A stretch of DNA of 64,000 bases from Ignavibacteriota bacterium (GCA_963769605.1 CAVYML010000003.1:158305-222304), one strand, 5' to 3'. Counted from the stretch's first letter, positions 1 to 10,808 are shown. Program-made: numbers and translations. Notes: generated by a model from the sequence alone, not told the origin.

Positions 1-24
1 TGAACCAAGGAAAGCGATCTGATC

Positions 25-594
25 ATGAAACAATCACATGAAATTATCATTGCGGGATTCGGCGGACAGGGTGTCCTTTCAATGGGACAGATCATTGCAT
101 ATGCGGCAATGAAAGAAAACAAAGAAGTAAGCTGGATGCCTTCCTACGGACCGGAAATGCGCGGGGGGACGGCAAATTGCGTCGTGATCGTTTCGGAAAA
201 ACGCATCAGTTCTCCTATCGTGACAATGTTCGATACGGCGATAATTTTAAATCAGCCATCGCTTGACAAATTTGAAAATACGGTGTACACCGGCGGTTTA
301 CTCATCTATGAAAAATCAACAATTATTAACCCGCCTAAAAGAAACGATATCGAAATCATCGCCCTGCCCGGACTTGAGATTGCACAGCAATTGACGAGCA
401 AACAAGTAGCCAATATGGTTTTGCTTGGAGCCTTTTTGGAACGCAGACCGATTGTAAAGCCGGAAAATGTCGTAAATGCTTTGAAGAGTGTTTTGCCTGC
501 ACACCGTCAGTACTTGATTCCGATCAATGAACAGGCCTTAAAAAGGGGAAAAGAACTTGTGATGGAGAAAGCCGCCGAATCGGTCGTGAAATAA
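25..594 (+). CDS. 2-oxoacid:ferredoxin oxidoreductase, gamma subunit (KorC/PorG family)
   Basis: 189 aa with a GFGGQGV motif and the length typical of the pyruvate/2-oxoglutarate ferredoxin oxidoreductase gamma subunit. A TGA at positions 1-3 may be the stop of an upstream alpha or beta subunit gene. Confidence 0.75.
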   Translation: MKQSHEIIIAGFGGQGVLSMGQIIAYAAMKENKEVSWMPSYGPEMRGGTANCVVIVSEKRISSPIVTMFDTAIILNQPSLDKFENTVYTGGLLIYEKSTIINPPKRNDIEIIALPGLEIAQQLTSKQVANMVLLGAFLERRPIVKPENVVNALKSVLPAHRQYLIPINEQALKRGKELVMEKAAESVVK

Positions 595-625
595 ATTATT
601 CGCAGATATTTGGGATAAAGAAATC

Positions 626-892
626 ATGGAAAATAAAAATTTCGAATGCATTCATGCCTGCCGTACCACATGCAGTATGCTGGATGAAGCGATGCGGGAT
701 GAGACTGCGATGATTAGATTCTATGAACGGATGATGAATGAATGCACGTATCCAGATGTTCATGCATTTATTCGTGAAATCCTAGAAGAACGCAGCAGTG
801 CTATACTTCGCATTGTACAAAAGCTCAATGAATTAAAAGTTCGCGGACAAACAGTAGAGGATATTCGTTCGAGTTTTGACCCCGCTCCTTAA
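626..892 (+). CDS. hypothetical small cytoplasmic protein
   Basis: 88 aa ORF with good coding appearance and no recognisable domain. It is Cys-rich (CIHACRTTC). Confidence 0.35.
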   Translation: MENKNFECIHACRTTCSMLDEAMRDETAMIRFYERMMNECTYPDVHAFIREILEERSSAILRIVQKLNELKVRGQTVEDIRSSFDPAP

Positions 893-1323
893 GTGTTCAA
901 GTCGGCCTTTTTTTAAGAATCTTTCTTCAAATTTATTTTTTGATACTACCCGGATAAGATGCACACTCAAACGTGCAATTCTTTTTGCAGGTTTAGCTTC
1001 GTTGGGGGAAAAACACTTTTTTTCTCTCTTGGCAATGTTTCATTTTGCAGAACTATCCCTATCGGGTTTCATAAAACCGTTTGGATTGATATCAAAAAAC
1101 GGTGGTTTTAGGACGAAATTCAGGTTTTTTATAATCCTCATTCATGACGGCAAGGGTTTCCACTCGTTGCGGGATTTTGTTTTAAATTGGAGATCAAGAG
1201 GCTTGCAGATGAAAATCTATTATAGTTTCTCTATATTTGCTTTTTGCGGGATTATTTCACAACATCTCGCCATATAATATCTCCGATGAGTTGCACGAAA
1301 ATTTTAAACGAAGAGGAACGTCT

Positions 1324-2457
1324 ATGAATATCGGTGTTATGAAAGAACGATTTCTGCAAGAGCGGCGTGTCTCACTTACTCCGGGCGGAGTTAAGACGCT
1401 TGCCGGTTTCGGTGCGACTGTATACGTCGAACGAAATGCCGGCGCACAAAGCTACTTTACAGATCAGGAATATCAGGAAGCAGGTGCTGTAATTGTTTAC
1501 AGCGCGGAAGAGCTCATTATGCGTTCGGATGTTGTCTCGAAAATTGCTCCTCCGACATTGGATGAACTTTCCATGCTTCGGGAAGGTCAGACACTTTTTG
1601 CAGCGTACCATCTCGCAATCTCAAAAAAACAGATTATCGAAAAACTTTTAGAAAAAAGAGTGATCGCAATTGCGCATGAACTGATCGAAAATGCACATGG
1701 AGAATTGCCGATTGTACAGACGATGGCGGAAATTGCGGGACAGCTTTCCATTCAAGTTGCTGCACATTTTCTCCAGACACGGCACGGCGGCCGCGGTGTT
1801 CTGCTCGGCAGCATACCCGGTGTTCCTGCTGCTCATGTCGTTATTCTCGGCGCCGGAACAGTGGGAAAAACCGCAGCCCGTGTAGCGCTGGGCCTCGGCG
1901 CACGGGTGTCAGTGATCGATAGAAATATTGTTCGTTTGCGTGAACTGGAAAATCTTTTTCAATGGAGAATTTCCACGGCGCTGGGAGACGCTTATTCGAT
2001 CGAACAGGCAGTGCGTGATGCGGATGTCGTGATCGGCGCCGTTTTACTGAAAGGAGAAAAAACGCCGCACCTGGTAACGGAAGAAATGGTTAAACAGATG
2101 AATCATGGCTCTGTGATCGTCGATGTTTCTATTGATAACGGCGGATGCGTAGAAACCAGCCGTCCGACGACATTACTTGACCCGACATTTATCGTACACC
2201 ATGTCGTGCATTATTGCGTGCCCAATATGGCCGCATCAGTGCCGCGTACCGCAACAGTCGGCTGGTCGAATGTACTGCTGCCGCTTCTGCATGAAGCATC
2301 GGATCTCGGTATGGATGAAATGCTGCGCACAGATGCCGGGCTTGCAAAAGGCGTGTGCACATATAAGGGTTCGTGCACGAACAAAACAGCGGCTAAAATA
2401 TTTGAGATACCGTTCGTGGATCTCAATACGCTTTTGACAAGAACACTGCGGGATTGA
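1324..2457 (+). CDS. ald: alanine dehydrogenase
   Basis: The N-terminus MNIGVMKE..RVSLTPGGV, an NAD-binding VVILGAGTVG motif and a C-terminal CVPNMAASVPRTAT region are typical of the Ald/PntA-N family. The start is placed at the internal Met of the longer ORF. Confidence 0.85.
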   Translation: MNIGVMKERFLQERRVSLTPGGVKTLAGFGATVYVERNAGAQSYFTDQEYQEAGAVIVYSAEELIMRSDVVSKIAPPTLDELSMLREGQTLFAAYHLAISKKQIIEKLLEKRVIAIAHELIENAHGELPIVQTMAEIAGQLSIQVAAHFLQTRHGGRGVLLGSIPGVPAAHVVILGAGTVGKTAARVALGLGARVSVIDRNIVRLRELENLFQWRISTALGDAYSIEQAVRDADVVIGAVLLKGEKTPHLVTEEMVKQMNHGSVIVDVSIDNGGCVETSRPTTLLDPTFIVHHVVHYCVPNMAASVPRTATVGWSNVLLPLLHEASDLGMDEMLRTDAGLAKGVCTYKGSCTNKTAAKIFEIPFVDLNTLLTRTLRD

Positions 2458-2465
2458 GAGGACCT

Positions 2466-3764
2466 ATGAGCTGGATCGATCTCTATAAATCGAAAATTGT
2501 TTCGCTGGAAGATGCTGTTAGTGTTGTGAAATCCGGAGACCGCATCTTTTCAAGCGCCAATGCAGCAACACCGCTCATAACAATGAACGCACTGGCAAAA
2601 CGAGCGAGCGAATTGACGAATGTCGAAATCAACCATCTTCTCCTGATGGGAGAAGATCCGCTGACTAAACCGGGAATGGAAAATCATTTCCATCATAATT
2701 CGCTTTTCGTGGGCCCGGGAGACCGACCGTCGATTGCAGAAGGAGTTTCGGATTACGTTCCTGTTCATCTTTCGGACGTGCCGGGATTGTTCAGGGCCGG
2801 TTACATTTCTTTGGATGTCGCGCTAATCCATGTTTCTCCTCCGGATGCGCACGGCTTTGTGAGCCTGGGAGTTGAATGTGCTGCGACAAAAGCAGCGGCC
2901 GAAACGGCAAAAATTGTAGTCGCTCAGGTCAACGAGCGCATGCCTCGTACTTTGGGAGATGTATTTGTTCCTGTTTCACGGGTTCATAAAATCGTCGAGT
3001 GTTCAGAGCCTCTTTTGGAACTCAAACCGGGGGTTGCAACTGAAGTCGAGGAGAGGATTGCAGATTTTATTGCTCCTTTGATTGAAGACGGCTCAACGCT
3101 GCAATTGGGCATCGGCGGAATTCCCGACGCGGTTCTGAGCCGCATCGACGGTAAGCAGCATCTCGGTATTCATACGGAGATGATTTCCGACGGGGTTATG
3201 AAGGCTGTCGAAAGCGGTATTATTACGAGTTTGAATAAAACACTGCATCCGGGCAAAGTCGTTACGACTTTTGTTATGGGATCACAAAACCTGTACGACT
3301 ACGTTCACAACAATCCGCTCTTTGAGGTGCATCCCTGCGATTATACTAACAATCCGTTCATCATAGCGCAGAATGAAAAGATGGTCGCTATCAATTCTTC
3401 GATCGAAGTCGATATCAGCGGCCAGGTATGTTCCGATTCAATCGGTACAAAAATTTACAGCGGCTTCGGCGGTCAGGTCGATTTTATTCGCGGAGCGGCA
3501 TATTCGAAAGGCGGAAAACCGATTATTGCACTTCCATCAACGACAAAGAACGGTGAATTTTCGAAGATTGTACCGCGTCTGCGAACCGGCGCAGGTGTCG
3601 TTACGACACGCGCAGATGTGCATTATGTCGTTACCGAATATGGAGTCGCATCGCTTCATGGAAAAAATATACATCAAAGGGCCGAGGCTCTTATCGCAAT
3701 AGCACATCCTAAGTTCCGTACGGAACTGGAAAATTACCTTCGAACTATATATAGAGCTGTTTGA
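2466..3764 (+). CDS. acetyl-CoA hydrolase/transferase family protein (4-hydroxybutyrate/succinyl-CoA:acetate CoA-transferase-like)
   Basis: The LQLGIGGIPDAVL motif and overall length match the Cat1/AbfT family. An RBS-like GAGGA precedes the ATG at 2466. Confidence 0.8.
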   Translation: MSWIDLYKSKIVSLEDAVSVVKSGDRIFSSANAATPLITMNALAKRASELTNVEINHLLLMGEDPLTKPGMENHFHHNSLFVGPGDRPSIAEGVSDYVPVHLSDVPGLFRAGYISLDVALIHVSPPDAHGFVSLGVECAATKAAAETAKIVVAQVNERMPRTLGDVFVPVSRVHKIVECSEPLLELKPGVATEVEERIADFIAPLIEDGSTLQLGIGGIPDAVLSRIDGKQHLGIHTEMISDGVMKAVESGIITSLNKTLHPGKVVTTFVMGSQNLYDYVHNNPLFEVHPCDYTNNPFIIAQNEKMVAINSSIEVDISGQVCSDSIGTKIYSGFGGQVDFIRGAAYSKGGKPIIALPSTTKNGEFSKIVPRLRTGAGVVTTRADVHYVVTEYGVASLHGKNIHQRAEALIAIAHPKFRTELENYLRTIYRAV

Positions 3765-4091
3765 AAACGTGGACGATAACTCATCAATCGAAAAAGAAAA
3801 TCACGAATCCGTCTCAAAATAAGACACGAATTTTCTCGATACCAACTTTTCGTGGGCGTCAATAGTTCAAATATTAGATAAATGGCTGAGAGGATAATAA
3901 TCTTGAAAATGGAAAAAATTCTAAAGTTTAAGAGTTATTATTGTGTTATTCAACGCTAACTCATATATTTGATCAATAATTCAACGTTTTATTGATTTTT
4001 ACTTGGCACAGAGCTTGCGCTAACATAATGCCTAATAACAAAATGCGTGTTTATCGAACGGAGTAAGCATTTTTTTTCTACAGAATTCAAA

Positions 4092-6311
4092 ATGAAAAAT
4101 CAAATTCTAACAGTTTTTTTTATAATCGTGTCAGCAGCATCGCATGCAGCAATTGGGCAGACAATAGACGATTGCTTGATGTGCCATGCGGATACATCGC
4201 TGACCATGGATCGTAATGGAAAAAATGTATCCATTTATGCGGATCGGTCCGTTTTACATCGATCTGTGCATGCGAAATTTGTATGCGTTGCCTGTCATAC
4301 CGGCTTCGATCCCCAGAATGTTCCGCATAAAGAAAAGATCACTCCTGTGAATTGTCTGCAATGTCACAGCGATGCTCCGGCAAAACATCCGTTTCATGCC
4401 TCAGAGATGAAAAGTGCGGCGAATCAGTCTTCGCTCCTTGTTCAGTGCAAACAATGCCACGGAACGCATGCTGTTGCGGCAATAAAAAATACGAATGCAA
4501 GTCTTCAAAGCAGGAATATTATCGAAACATGCGGAAAATGTCACGCAGCAGAAAAAGAGCGTTACTCAACTTCCGTTCATGGAAAAGCAGCGGTCGGGGG
4601 AGTCGTTGCTGCTCCCGATTGTGTCTCTTGCCATCAAAATAAAATTACAGGTTTGGCAGGAAGCAGGGATTCGGTCGCAATAAAAATTGCTCAGGAAAAA
4701 ACGTGTTTGTCCTGCCACCTTGATAATCCCGATGTACGCTCGCATATCGGTCTGTCGGCAGTATTTATCGCTGCATACGAAAAAAGCGTCCACGGTTCAG
4801 CTTTATTGAAAGGAAACGCATCTGCCGCCAATTGCGTCGATTGTCACGGCAGCCATTCGATTCAGCGAAGCGATGCTACGGCATCATCGATCAATCGGAA
4901 CAATATTCCCGCAACATGTGCGAAATGTCATGCCGGCATAAAACATGAATACGACGAAAGTATTCATGCAAAAGCCGTCGCAGGCGGGAATATGCAGGCG
5001 CCGGTTTGTACGAATTGTCACGGTGAACATAATATTCTTGCACCAGCAAATCCGGAGTCGCGTGTGGCCGCACAAAATGTTTCCCAGCAAGTCTGCTCCC
5101 CTTGTCATAGTTCGGTTCTTCTTTCAGAAAAATACGGTATTGCCAGCGATAGGTTTAAAACCTATTCTTCAAGCTTTCACGGCTTGGCTGTTCGCGCCGG
5201 TAATGTTGCCGTAGCGAATTGTGCGAGTTGTCATGGCGCCCATAACATAAAACCATCATCCGACTCCACATCATCGGTCAACAAGGCGAATCTTGTTAAG
5301 ACGTGCGGCAAATGTCATCCCGGAGCCAATGAGCGTTTTACGATCGGATCTATCCATGTTACGGCAGCACAAAAAGAAGAACCGCTGATCTATTGGTTTT
5401 CATTATTTTATGTGCTCATGATCGCATCTGTTATCGGCGGGATGTTTCTCCATAATCTTTTGGATTTTTACCGAAAATCGAAACGACAATTACTTATCCG
5501 CCGAGGATTTGAAACAGAAGAGCATTTCGGACACGCATTATATGTGCGAATGACACTCAATGAAAGGATTCAGCATGCAGCATTGATGGTCAGTTTCTTT
5601 ACGCTTGTTTTTACGGGATTTATGCTCCGATATCCCGACGCGTTCTGGGTTGTCTCCATTCGCAGCTTAAGCGAAAGTGTTTTCATGCTGCGCGGTTTGA
5701 TTCACCGTTGTGCAGCGGTTGTTATGGTCTCGGCTTCGCTGTATCATTGTTATTATGTTATCTTCACTAAACGCGGCAAGCAGCTCATCAGGGACCTTTT
5801 TCCCGTCTTGCAAGATTTTACCGATGCAGGAGATGTTTTGAAATATAACCTAGGCTTTTCAAAAACGAAGCCGAAACTCGGGCGGTTCAGCTATATAGAG
5901 AAAAGCGAATATTGGGCGCTCGTATGGGGTGTTGTAGTGATGGGGATAACAGGAATAATTTTATGGTTCGATAATACATTTATGGGATTGTTGACAAAAC
6001 TCGGCTGGGATATTGCCCGCATTATTCACTTTTATGAAGCATGGCTCGCTTTTCTTGCCATTCTTATATGGCACGTTTATTATGTCATTTTCAATCCCGA
6101 TGTTTATCCGATGAATCTTGCCTGGTTGAAAGGCACAATTACAGAAACGGAAATGGGAGAAGAACATTTGCGGGAATTGGAACAGTTGAAACGGCAGAAA
6201 CTTCTCGATGAAGCAACAGTTGTTCCTGTTGATGATGTCGAAAAGGAAAATCAAAAAGATATAAAACAGGTGCCCAAGAAATCACAGAAACACCCGAAGC
6301 TGAGATCATGA
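4092..6311 (+). CDS. fused multiheme cytochrome c (13 CXXCH) and integral-membrane cytochrome b (HydC/FdnI-like), CbcL-like quinol oxidoreductase
   Basis: A signal peptide (MKNQILTVFFIIVSAASHA) is followed by 13 CXXCH motifs in about 430 aa. The C-terminal ~300 aa form a polytopic membrane domain with conserved His residues on the helices, as in the Ni/Fe-hydrogenase/formate dehydrogenase b-type cytochrome subunit. Geobacter CbcL has the same architecture. Confidence 0.8.
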   Translation: MKNQILTVFFIIVSAASHAAIGQTIDDCLMCHADTSLTMDRNGKNVSIYADRSVLHRSVHAKFVCVACHTGFDPQNVPHKEKITPVNCLQCHSDAPAKHPFHASEMKSAANQSSLLVQCKQCHGTHAVAAIKNTNASLQSRNIIETCGKCHAAEKERYSTSVHGKAAVGGVVAAPDCVSCHQNKITGLAGSRDSVAIKIAQEKTCLSCHLDNPDVRSHIGLSAVFIAAYEKSVHGSALLKGNASAANCVDCHGSHSIQRSDATASSINRNNIPATCAKCHAGIKHEYDESIHAKAVAGGNMQAPVCTNCHGEHNILAPANPESRVAAQNVSQQVCSPCHSSVLLSEKYGIASDRFKTYSSSFHGLAVRAGNVAVANCASCHGAHNIKPSSDSTSSVNKANLVKTCGKCHPGANERFTIGSIHVTAAQKEEPLIYWFSLFYVLMIASVIGGMFLHNLLDFYRKSKRQLLIRRGFETEEHFGHALYVRMTLNERIQHAALMVSFFTLVFTGFMLRYPDAFWVVSIRSLSESVFMLRGLIHRCAAVVMVSASLYHCYYVIFTKRGKQLIRDLFPVLQDFTDAGDVLKYNLGFSKTKPKLGRFSYIEKSEYWALVWGVVVMGITGIILWFDNTFMGLLTKLGWDIARIIHFYEAWLAFLAILIWHVYYVIFNPDVYPMNLAWLKGTITETEMGEEHLRELEQLKRQKLLDEATVVPVDDVEKENQKDIKQVPKKSQKHPKLRS

Positions 6312-7801
6312 AAAGATTATTTCCTAAAACATTTTATAATATAACAAGCCTTTACGGCTTTGTTCTTGTGTCGATCAGTTTCGGATTATTCATATTCCTA
6401 TCGATTCTCGATTTCTTTGCCACGGATCAAAAACCGTATATGGGCATCATTACGTTCATAATTCTGCCGGCATTTTTGATAATCGGTTTGGCAATCGGTT
6501 TTTGGGGCGTATGGCGTGAGCATAAACGCAGGAAGCTCGGTTTGCCAATCCATGAACAATTGCCGCGGATCGATCTGAACGACCCAAAGCAGCAGCGGGT
6601 TGTTTTATACACAGGCATCGGAACACTTGTGTTTTTATTCCTTACTGTCTTCGGAAGCTATAAGGCGTATGAATATACGGACTCGGATGCGTTCTGCGGA
6701 ACCACGTGTCACAAGGTAATGAACCCGGAATATACGGCATATCAAAATTCGCCGCATGCCCGTGTCGACTGTGTTAAATGCCACATTGGCCCTGGCGCCG
6801 GATGGTATGTGCGTTCGAAACTCTCAGGCGCATATCAGGTGTATGCGACGTTATTCAACAAATATCCTAAACCCATACCTACGCCGATCGAAAATCTTCG
6901 TCCGGCTCAGGAAACATGCGAACAATGCCATTGGCCTAAACAGTTTTTCAGTGAAAAGCTAAAAAAAAATACATATTTTCTGTCGGATGAAAAGAATACC
7001 CGTTGGACGCTGGATCTTCTTCTTAAAATAGGAGGAGGAAATATTGAAGCAGGCCCGACATCTGGAATTCACTGGCATATGAATATTGCGAATGAATTGA
7101 CGTATATTGCAGACGATACGCAGCGCCAGGTTATTCCATGGATAAAATCAAAACGGGCAGACGGAAGTGTGGTGGTTTATCGCACCGCGGAGAATGCGAT
7201 TTCTGATTCGGCGGTTCAAACAATAAATAAGCGGCGCATGGATTGCATAGATTGCCATAACCGTCCTACTCACATTTACAATCCGCCGGCACAATCGGTG
7301 AACCATATTATGGCACTTGGCTGGATTGATCCGGCGCTTCCGGGCGTGAAAAGCATAGCAATAAAAGCATTGGAAACATCGTATGACACAAAGGAAGCGG
7401 GATGGAATGGTATTAAAAGAACTATCGAAGAATATTATCAAACAAATTATCCTCAGATTGCTGAAAGCCGGAAGGATACAATTGCGCGCGCCATTAAGGA
7501 AATTCAGCGTATCTTCAGCCATAATTATTTTCCCGAGATGCAGGTGAGCTGGAAAAAATTTCCCGACAATCTGGGCCACCTGTATTCACCAGGTTGTTTC
7601 CGGTGTCACGACGGCAAGCATGTGACGGATGACGGAAAAGTATTGTCCCGGGATTGCAATGTCTGCCACACCATTCTTGCACAGCAGTTTGAAAAAGAAG
7701 GATTACGATTGTCGCTCGACGGCATTGAATATCATCACCCTGTGGATATCGGCACTGCATGGAAAGAAATGAATTGCAGCGATTGCCACAACGCTCAATA
7801 G
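6308..7801 (+). CDS. heptaheme membrane-anchored cytochrome c, NapC/NirT family (ImcH-like)
   Basis: Three N-terminal transmembrane helices are followed by seven heme sites. The first site is CGTTCH (CX3CH); the others are CVKCH, CEQCH, CIDCH, CFRCH, CNVCH and CSDCH. Size and topology match ImcH-type inner-membrane quinol dehydrogenases. The gene is translationally coupled to the previous one through an ATGA overlap. Confidence 0.7.
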   Translation: MKRLFPKTFYNITSLYGFVLVSISFGLFIFLSILDFFATDQKPYMGIITFIILPAFLIIGLAIGFWGVWREHKRRKLGLPIHEQLPRIDLNDPKQQRVVLYTGIGTLVFLFLTVFGSYKAYEYTDSDAFCGTTCHKVMNPEYTAYQNSPHARVDCVKCHIGPGAGWYVRSKLSGAYQVYATLFNKYPKPIPTPIENLRPAQETCEQCHWPKQFFSEKLKKNTYFLSDEKNTRWTLDLLLKIGGGNIEAGPTSGIHWHMNIANELTYIADDTQRQVIPWIKSKRADGSVVVYRTAENAISDSAVQTINKRRMDCIDCHNRPTHIYNPPAQSVNHIMALGWIDPALPGVKSIAIKALETSYDTKEAGWNGIKRTIEEYYQTNYPQIAESRKDTIARAIKEIQRIFSHNYFPEMQVSWKKFPDNLGHLYSPGCFRCHDGKHVTDDGKVLSRDCNVCHTILAQQFEKEGLRLSLDGIEYHHPVDIGTAWKEMNCSDCHNAQ

Positions 7802-7822
7802 AATAAAGAAAAAAAGGGATCT

Positions 7823-8278
7823 ATGAATCAAACACCAGAAACTCCTGTCGATCAAAGTAAAAGAGACTTTTTACAGGTGGTCTTAGGCGGAGCGAGTGCG
7901 GCTTTTCTTGCTGCGATTTTATATCCGATCTTCGAATACCTCAAACCGCCGAAGCAGGCAGAAGTGGAAGTCTCGAGCGTGAAAGCCGGAAAGTTGAACG
8001 AGATTGAAAAAGACAGCGGGAAAATCATCAAGTTTGGCAGCAAGCCCGTTATTCTTATCCGTACCGCCAACGATGAGCTGCGGGCATTCTCGGCAACGTG
8101 CACGCATCTGGATTGCACCGTTCAGTACCGTAAAGATTACGGTACAATTTGGTGCGCATGCCATAATGGAAAGTATGATTTAAACGGCCGCAATATTTCC
8201 GGTCCGCCGCCGCGGCCGCTGGATGAATACAGGGTCGTTCTTCAAGGAGACGAAATTCTTATTTCGAAAAAAATATGA
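7823..8278 (+). CDS. Rieske [2Fe-2S] iron-sulfur protein of a cytochrome b/Rieske complex
   Basis: A KRDFL Tat-like motif followed by a transmembrane anchor is present. Rieske boxes CTHLDC and CACHNGKYD are both present. Confidence 0.85.
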   Translation: MNQTPETPVDQSKRDFLQVVLGGASAAFLAAILYPIFEYLKPPKQAEVEVSSVKAGKLNEIEKDSGKIIKFGSKPVILIRTANDELRAFSATCTHLDCTVQYRKDYGTIWCACHNGKYDLNGRNISGPPPRPLDEYRVVLQGDEILISKKI

Positions 8279-9348
8279 AGACAATTCTTAAAAGAATGTA
8301 CGACTGGGTTGATGAACGTGTTGAACTCAATGGCCTGGTGGAATATATGGGAAAAAAATATGTTCCTGTGCACCGGCATTCAGTGTGGTACTATTTCGGC
8401 GGTGTCTCGCTCTTTCTGTTCATCATTCAGGTCGTAACAGGAATACTCCTGCTGCTCTATTATAAAAGCGGGGAGGAACTTGCAATCGAAAGCATTCATT
8501 TTATTATGTCGAAAGTGCAATTCGGCTGGCTGATCCGTTCGATCCACAGCTGGACTGCAAATCTGTTTATCCTCTCGGCAATGATTCATATGTTTAGCGT
8601 CTACTTTGAAAAAGCGTACCGCAAGCCGAGGGAAATAACATGGATAACGGGAATGCTTATGTTCTTTGTCCTGCTGGGATTCGGGTTCAGCGGATATTTA
8701 CTGCCATGGAATGAACTCGCATTCTTTGCAACAAAAGTCGGAACAGATATCGCAGGTGTGGTGCCTGTTATCGGCAAACCTTTAATGATCTTCCTGCGCG
8801 GCGGTGATGATGTTACAGGAGCAACTCTTTCCCGGTTTTTTGGGTTCCATGCGGCCGTCCTGCCGGGTATTTTTACGGTTTTTCTGGGAATTCACCTTCT
8901 TCTCGTTCAACGGCAGGGGATGAGCGAGCCGTTTCATTGGAAAAACGACACCGAGCAAAAAACGATGCCGTTTTTTCCGAACTTCCTGCTTCGTGATCTT
9001 TCATTATGGCTGCTGGTCTTGAATCTTCTTGCGATCCTGGCGGTTTTCTTCCCATGGGAATTAGGCAAAAAAGCCGATGCTTTTGCTCCTGCACCTGCAG
9101 GCATTAAGCCGGAATGGTATTTTCTTTATATGTTCCAGACGCTGAAATTTATACCCGGGAAATTATGGGTCCTTGATGGAGAGGTTCTAGGCATCGGATT
9201 ATTTGGCGCCGCAGGAGCGCTTTGGACGCTCGTACCGTTTTGGGACCGGAAAAGTCCCCGCGGTGAACAAAACCGATTCGTCAATTATCTCGGTCTCTTT
9301 GCAGTCATCTATATTATCATTCTCACAATTATAGGGTGGCTGGCATGA
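8275..9348 (+). CDS. cytochrome b (b6/subunit IV fused type)
   Basis: The N-terminal [24 protein letters not shown] motif is typical of cytochrome b. Heme-ligating His residues sit on helices and a PEW-like region is present. The 357 aa length suggests a fused b6 + subunit IV. Confidence 0.85.
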   Translation: MKTILKRMYDWVDERVELNGLVEYMGKKYVPVHRHSVWYYFGGVSLFLFIIQVVTGILLLLYYKSGEELAIESIHFIMSKVQFGWLIRSIHSWTANLFILSAMIHMFSVYFEKAYRKPREITWITGMLMFFVLLGFGFSGYLLPWNELAFFATKVGTDIAGVVPVIGKPLMIFLRGGDDVTGATLSRFFGFHAAVLPGIFTVFLGIHLLLVQRQGMSEPFHWKNDTEQKTMPFFPNFLLRDLSLWLLVLNLLAILAVFFPWELGKKADAFAPAPAGIKPEWYFLYMFQTLKFIPGKLWVLDGEVLGIGLFGAAGALWTLVPFWDRKSPRGEQNRFVNYLGLFAVIYIIILTIIGWLA

Positions 9349-10808
9349 AAAAATTCTTTCTCTCATTTATTTCCGCCGCTCTACTTGTTCTCCCATTAAA
9401 AGCACAAAGACAAGATCAATGTTTTGAATGCCATAAAAATGCCGAAGATAATCCATCGAAACTTTTTAACCTTGACATTCATCACCAAAAAGGAATTACA
9501 TGCGCAGGATGCCATGGCGGTAATTCTAAAACGGACGACATGGAACTGGCGATGAGCAAGAAAGCCGGATTCATCGGCAGGCCAAAGGGCGACGACATCT
9601 CCCGCGTTTGCGCTGCATGCCACGGCGACCAAGAGAAGATGAAGTCTTTCGGTTCTTCCCTGCCGACGAATCAGTGGGAAAACCTGCAGTCGAGCGTTCA
9701 TGCCAAACCGGCCCTCAAAGGGAAAGAACATATCGTACAGTGCACGACGTGTCACAATGCACACGGAATTGTTTCTGTAAAAAATGCATGGTCTCCGGTC
9801 TATCCGCTCAACGTTGTAAAGACATGCACTCGATGCCATGCCGATGTTGCCTTTATGCGCTCCTATAATCCGTCACTGCCGGTGGATCAATTGGAAAAAT
9901 ACCGCACGAGCGTTCACGGTGTGCGCAACGGAAAAGGCGATCCGAAAACAGCGCAATGCGCAAGCTGCCATGGCAGTCACGATATACGAGCTGTGAAGGA
10001 CGTGAAATCGAATGTCTATTTTTCAAATTTGCCGGCAACATGCGCCAAGTGTCATTCCAACTCAGTGTACATGAAAGAATATAAAATTCCAGCCGATCAA
10101 TACGAAAAATATGCAAAGAGTGTCCACGGAATTGCAGTGCTGCAAAAACATGACCCCGGTGCGCCTGCCTGTAACAATTGCCACGGAAATCATGGTGCAA
10201 TGCCTCCGGGTATCGAATCGATCTCGCAAGTCTGCGGGACGTGCCATGCACTCAATGCAGAACTGTTTGCATCCAGCCCGCACAAGAAAGCGTTTGAAGA
10301 ACGAAAACTGCCTGAGTGTGAAACCTGCCACAGCAACCATGAAATTGTTGCCGCAACCGATAAACTCCTCGGCACAGATCCGGGCGCAGTGTGCAGCAGA
10401 TGTCACTCTTCGACGCAGAATTCCAACGGATATAATGCGGCAAAAGCTATGCGCGGATTGATCGACACTTTGGAAAGCCGAGAGGGACATGCCAAAACCT
10501 TGGTGAATGATGCAGAACAGAAAGGGATGGAGATAAGCGAAGCAAAATTTAAACTTAGGGATGTCCGGCAAGCTCGGCTGCAATCCAGAACTATGGTTCA
10601 TGCTTTCAATGAAGTGAAGTTCAAAGAAGTGGTCGACATCGGATTGAAAACGGCCGATATGGTCGTATCTGAATCTCAATCTTCAATCGATGAATATTAT
10701 TTTAGAAGAATCGGATTAGCTATTGCAACAATTATCATTACAATTTTAGCCGTATCGCTGTATGCTTTCGTGCGCCGACTTGAGCGGAGGGAAAACCCAA
10801 TAAAATAA
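9345..10808 (+). CDS. undecaheme c-type cytochrome with C-terminal membrane anchor (candidate c subunit of the Rieske/cytochrome b complex)
   Basis: A signal peptide is followed by 11 CXXCH motifs and a C-terminal hydrophobic helix ([21 protein letters not shown]). The ATG overlaps the cytochrome b stop codon (ATGA). Confidence 0.8.
   Translation: MKKFFLSFISAALLVLPLKAQRQDQCFECHKNAEDNPSKLFNLDIHHQKGITCAGCHGGNSKTDDMELAMSKKAGFIGRPKGDDISRVCAACHGDQEKMKSFGSSLPTNQWENLQSSVHAKPALKGKEHIVQCTTCHNAHGIVSVKNAWSPVYPLNVVKTCTRCHADVAFMRSYNPSLPVDQLEKYRTSVHGVRNGKGDPKTAQCASCHGSHDIRAVKDVKSNVYFSNLPATCAKCHSNSVYMKEYKIPADQYEKYAKSVHGIAVLQKHDPGAPACNNCHGNHGAMPPGIESISQVCGTCHALNAELFASSPHKKAFEERKLPECETCHSNHEIVAATDKLLGTDPGAVCSRCHSSTQNSNGYNAAKAMRGLIDTLESREGHAKTLVNDAEQKGMEISEAKFKLRDVRQARLQSRTMVHAFNEVKFKEVVDIGLKTADMVVSESQSSIDEYYFRRIGLAIATIIITILAVSLYAFVRRLERRENPIK

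Noticed and set aside
876-1277. 133 aa + strand ORF upstream of ald
   Set aside because: It overlaps the end of the preceding small gene. It is hydrophobic and low-complexity in an AT-rich intergenic region and is more likely promoter/UTR sequence than a gene.
10062-10679. 205 aa - strand ORF, plus neighbouring 116-147 aa ORFs at 9396-10461
   Set aside because: They lie inside the undecaheme cytochrome gene on the opposite strand or in an alternative frame. No motifs are present.
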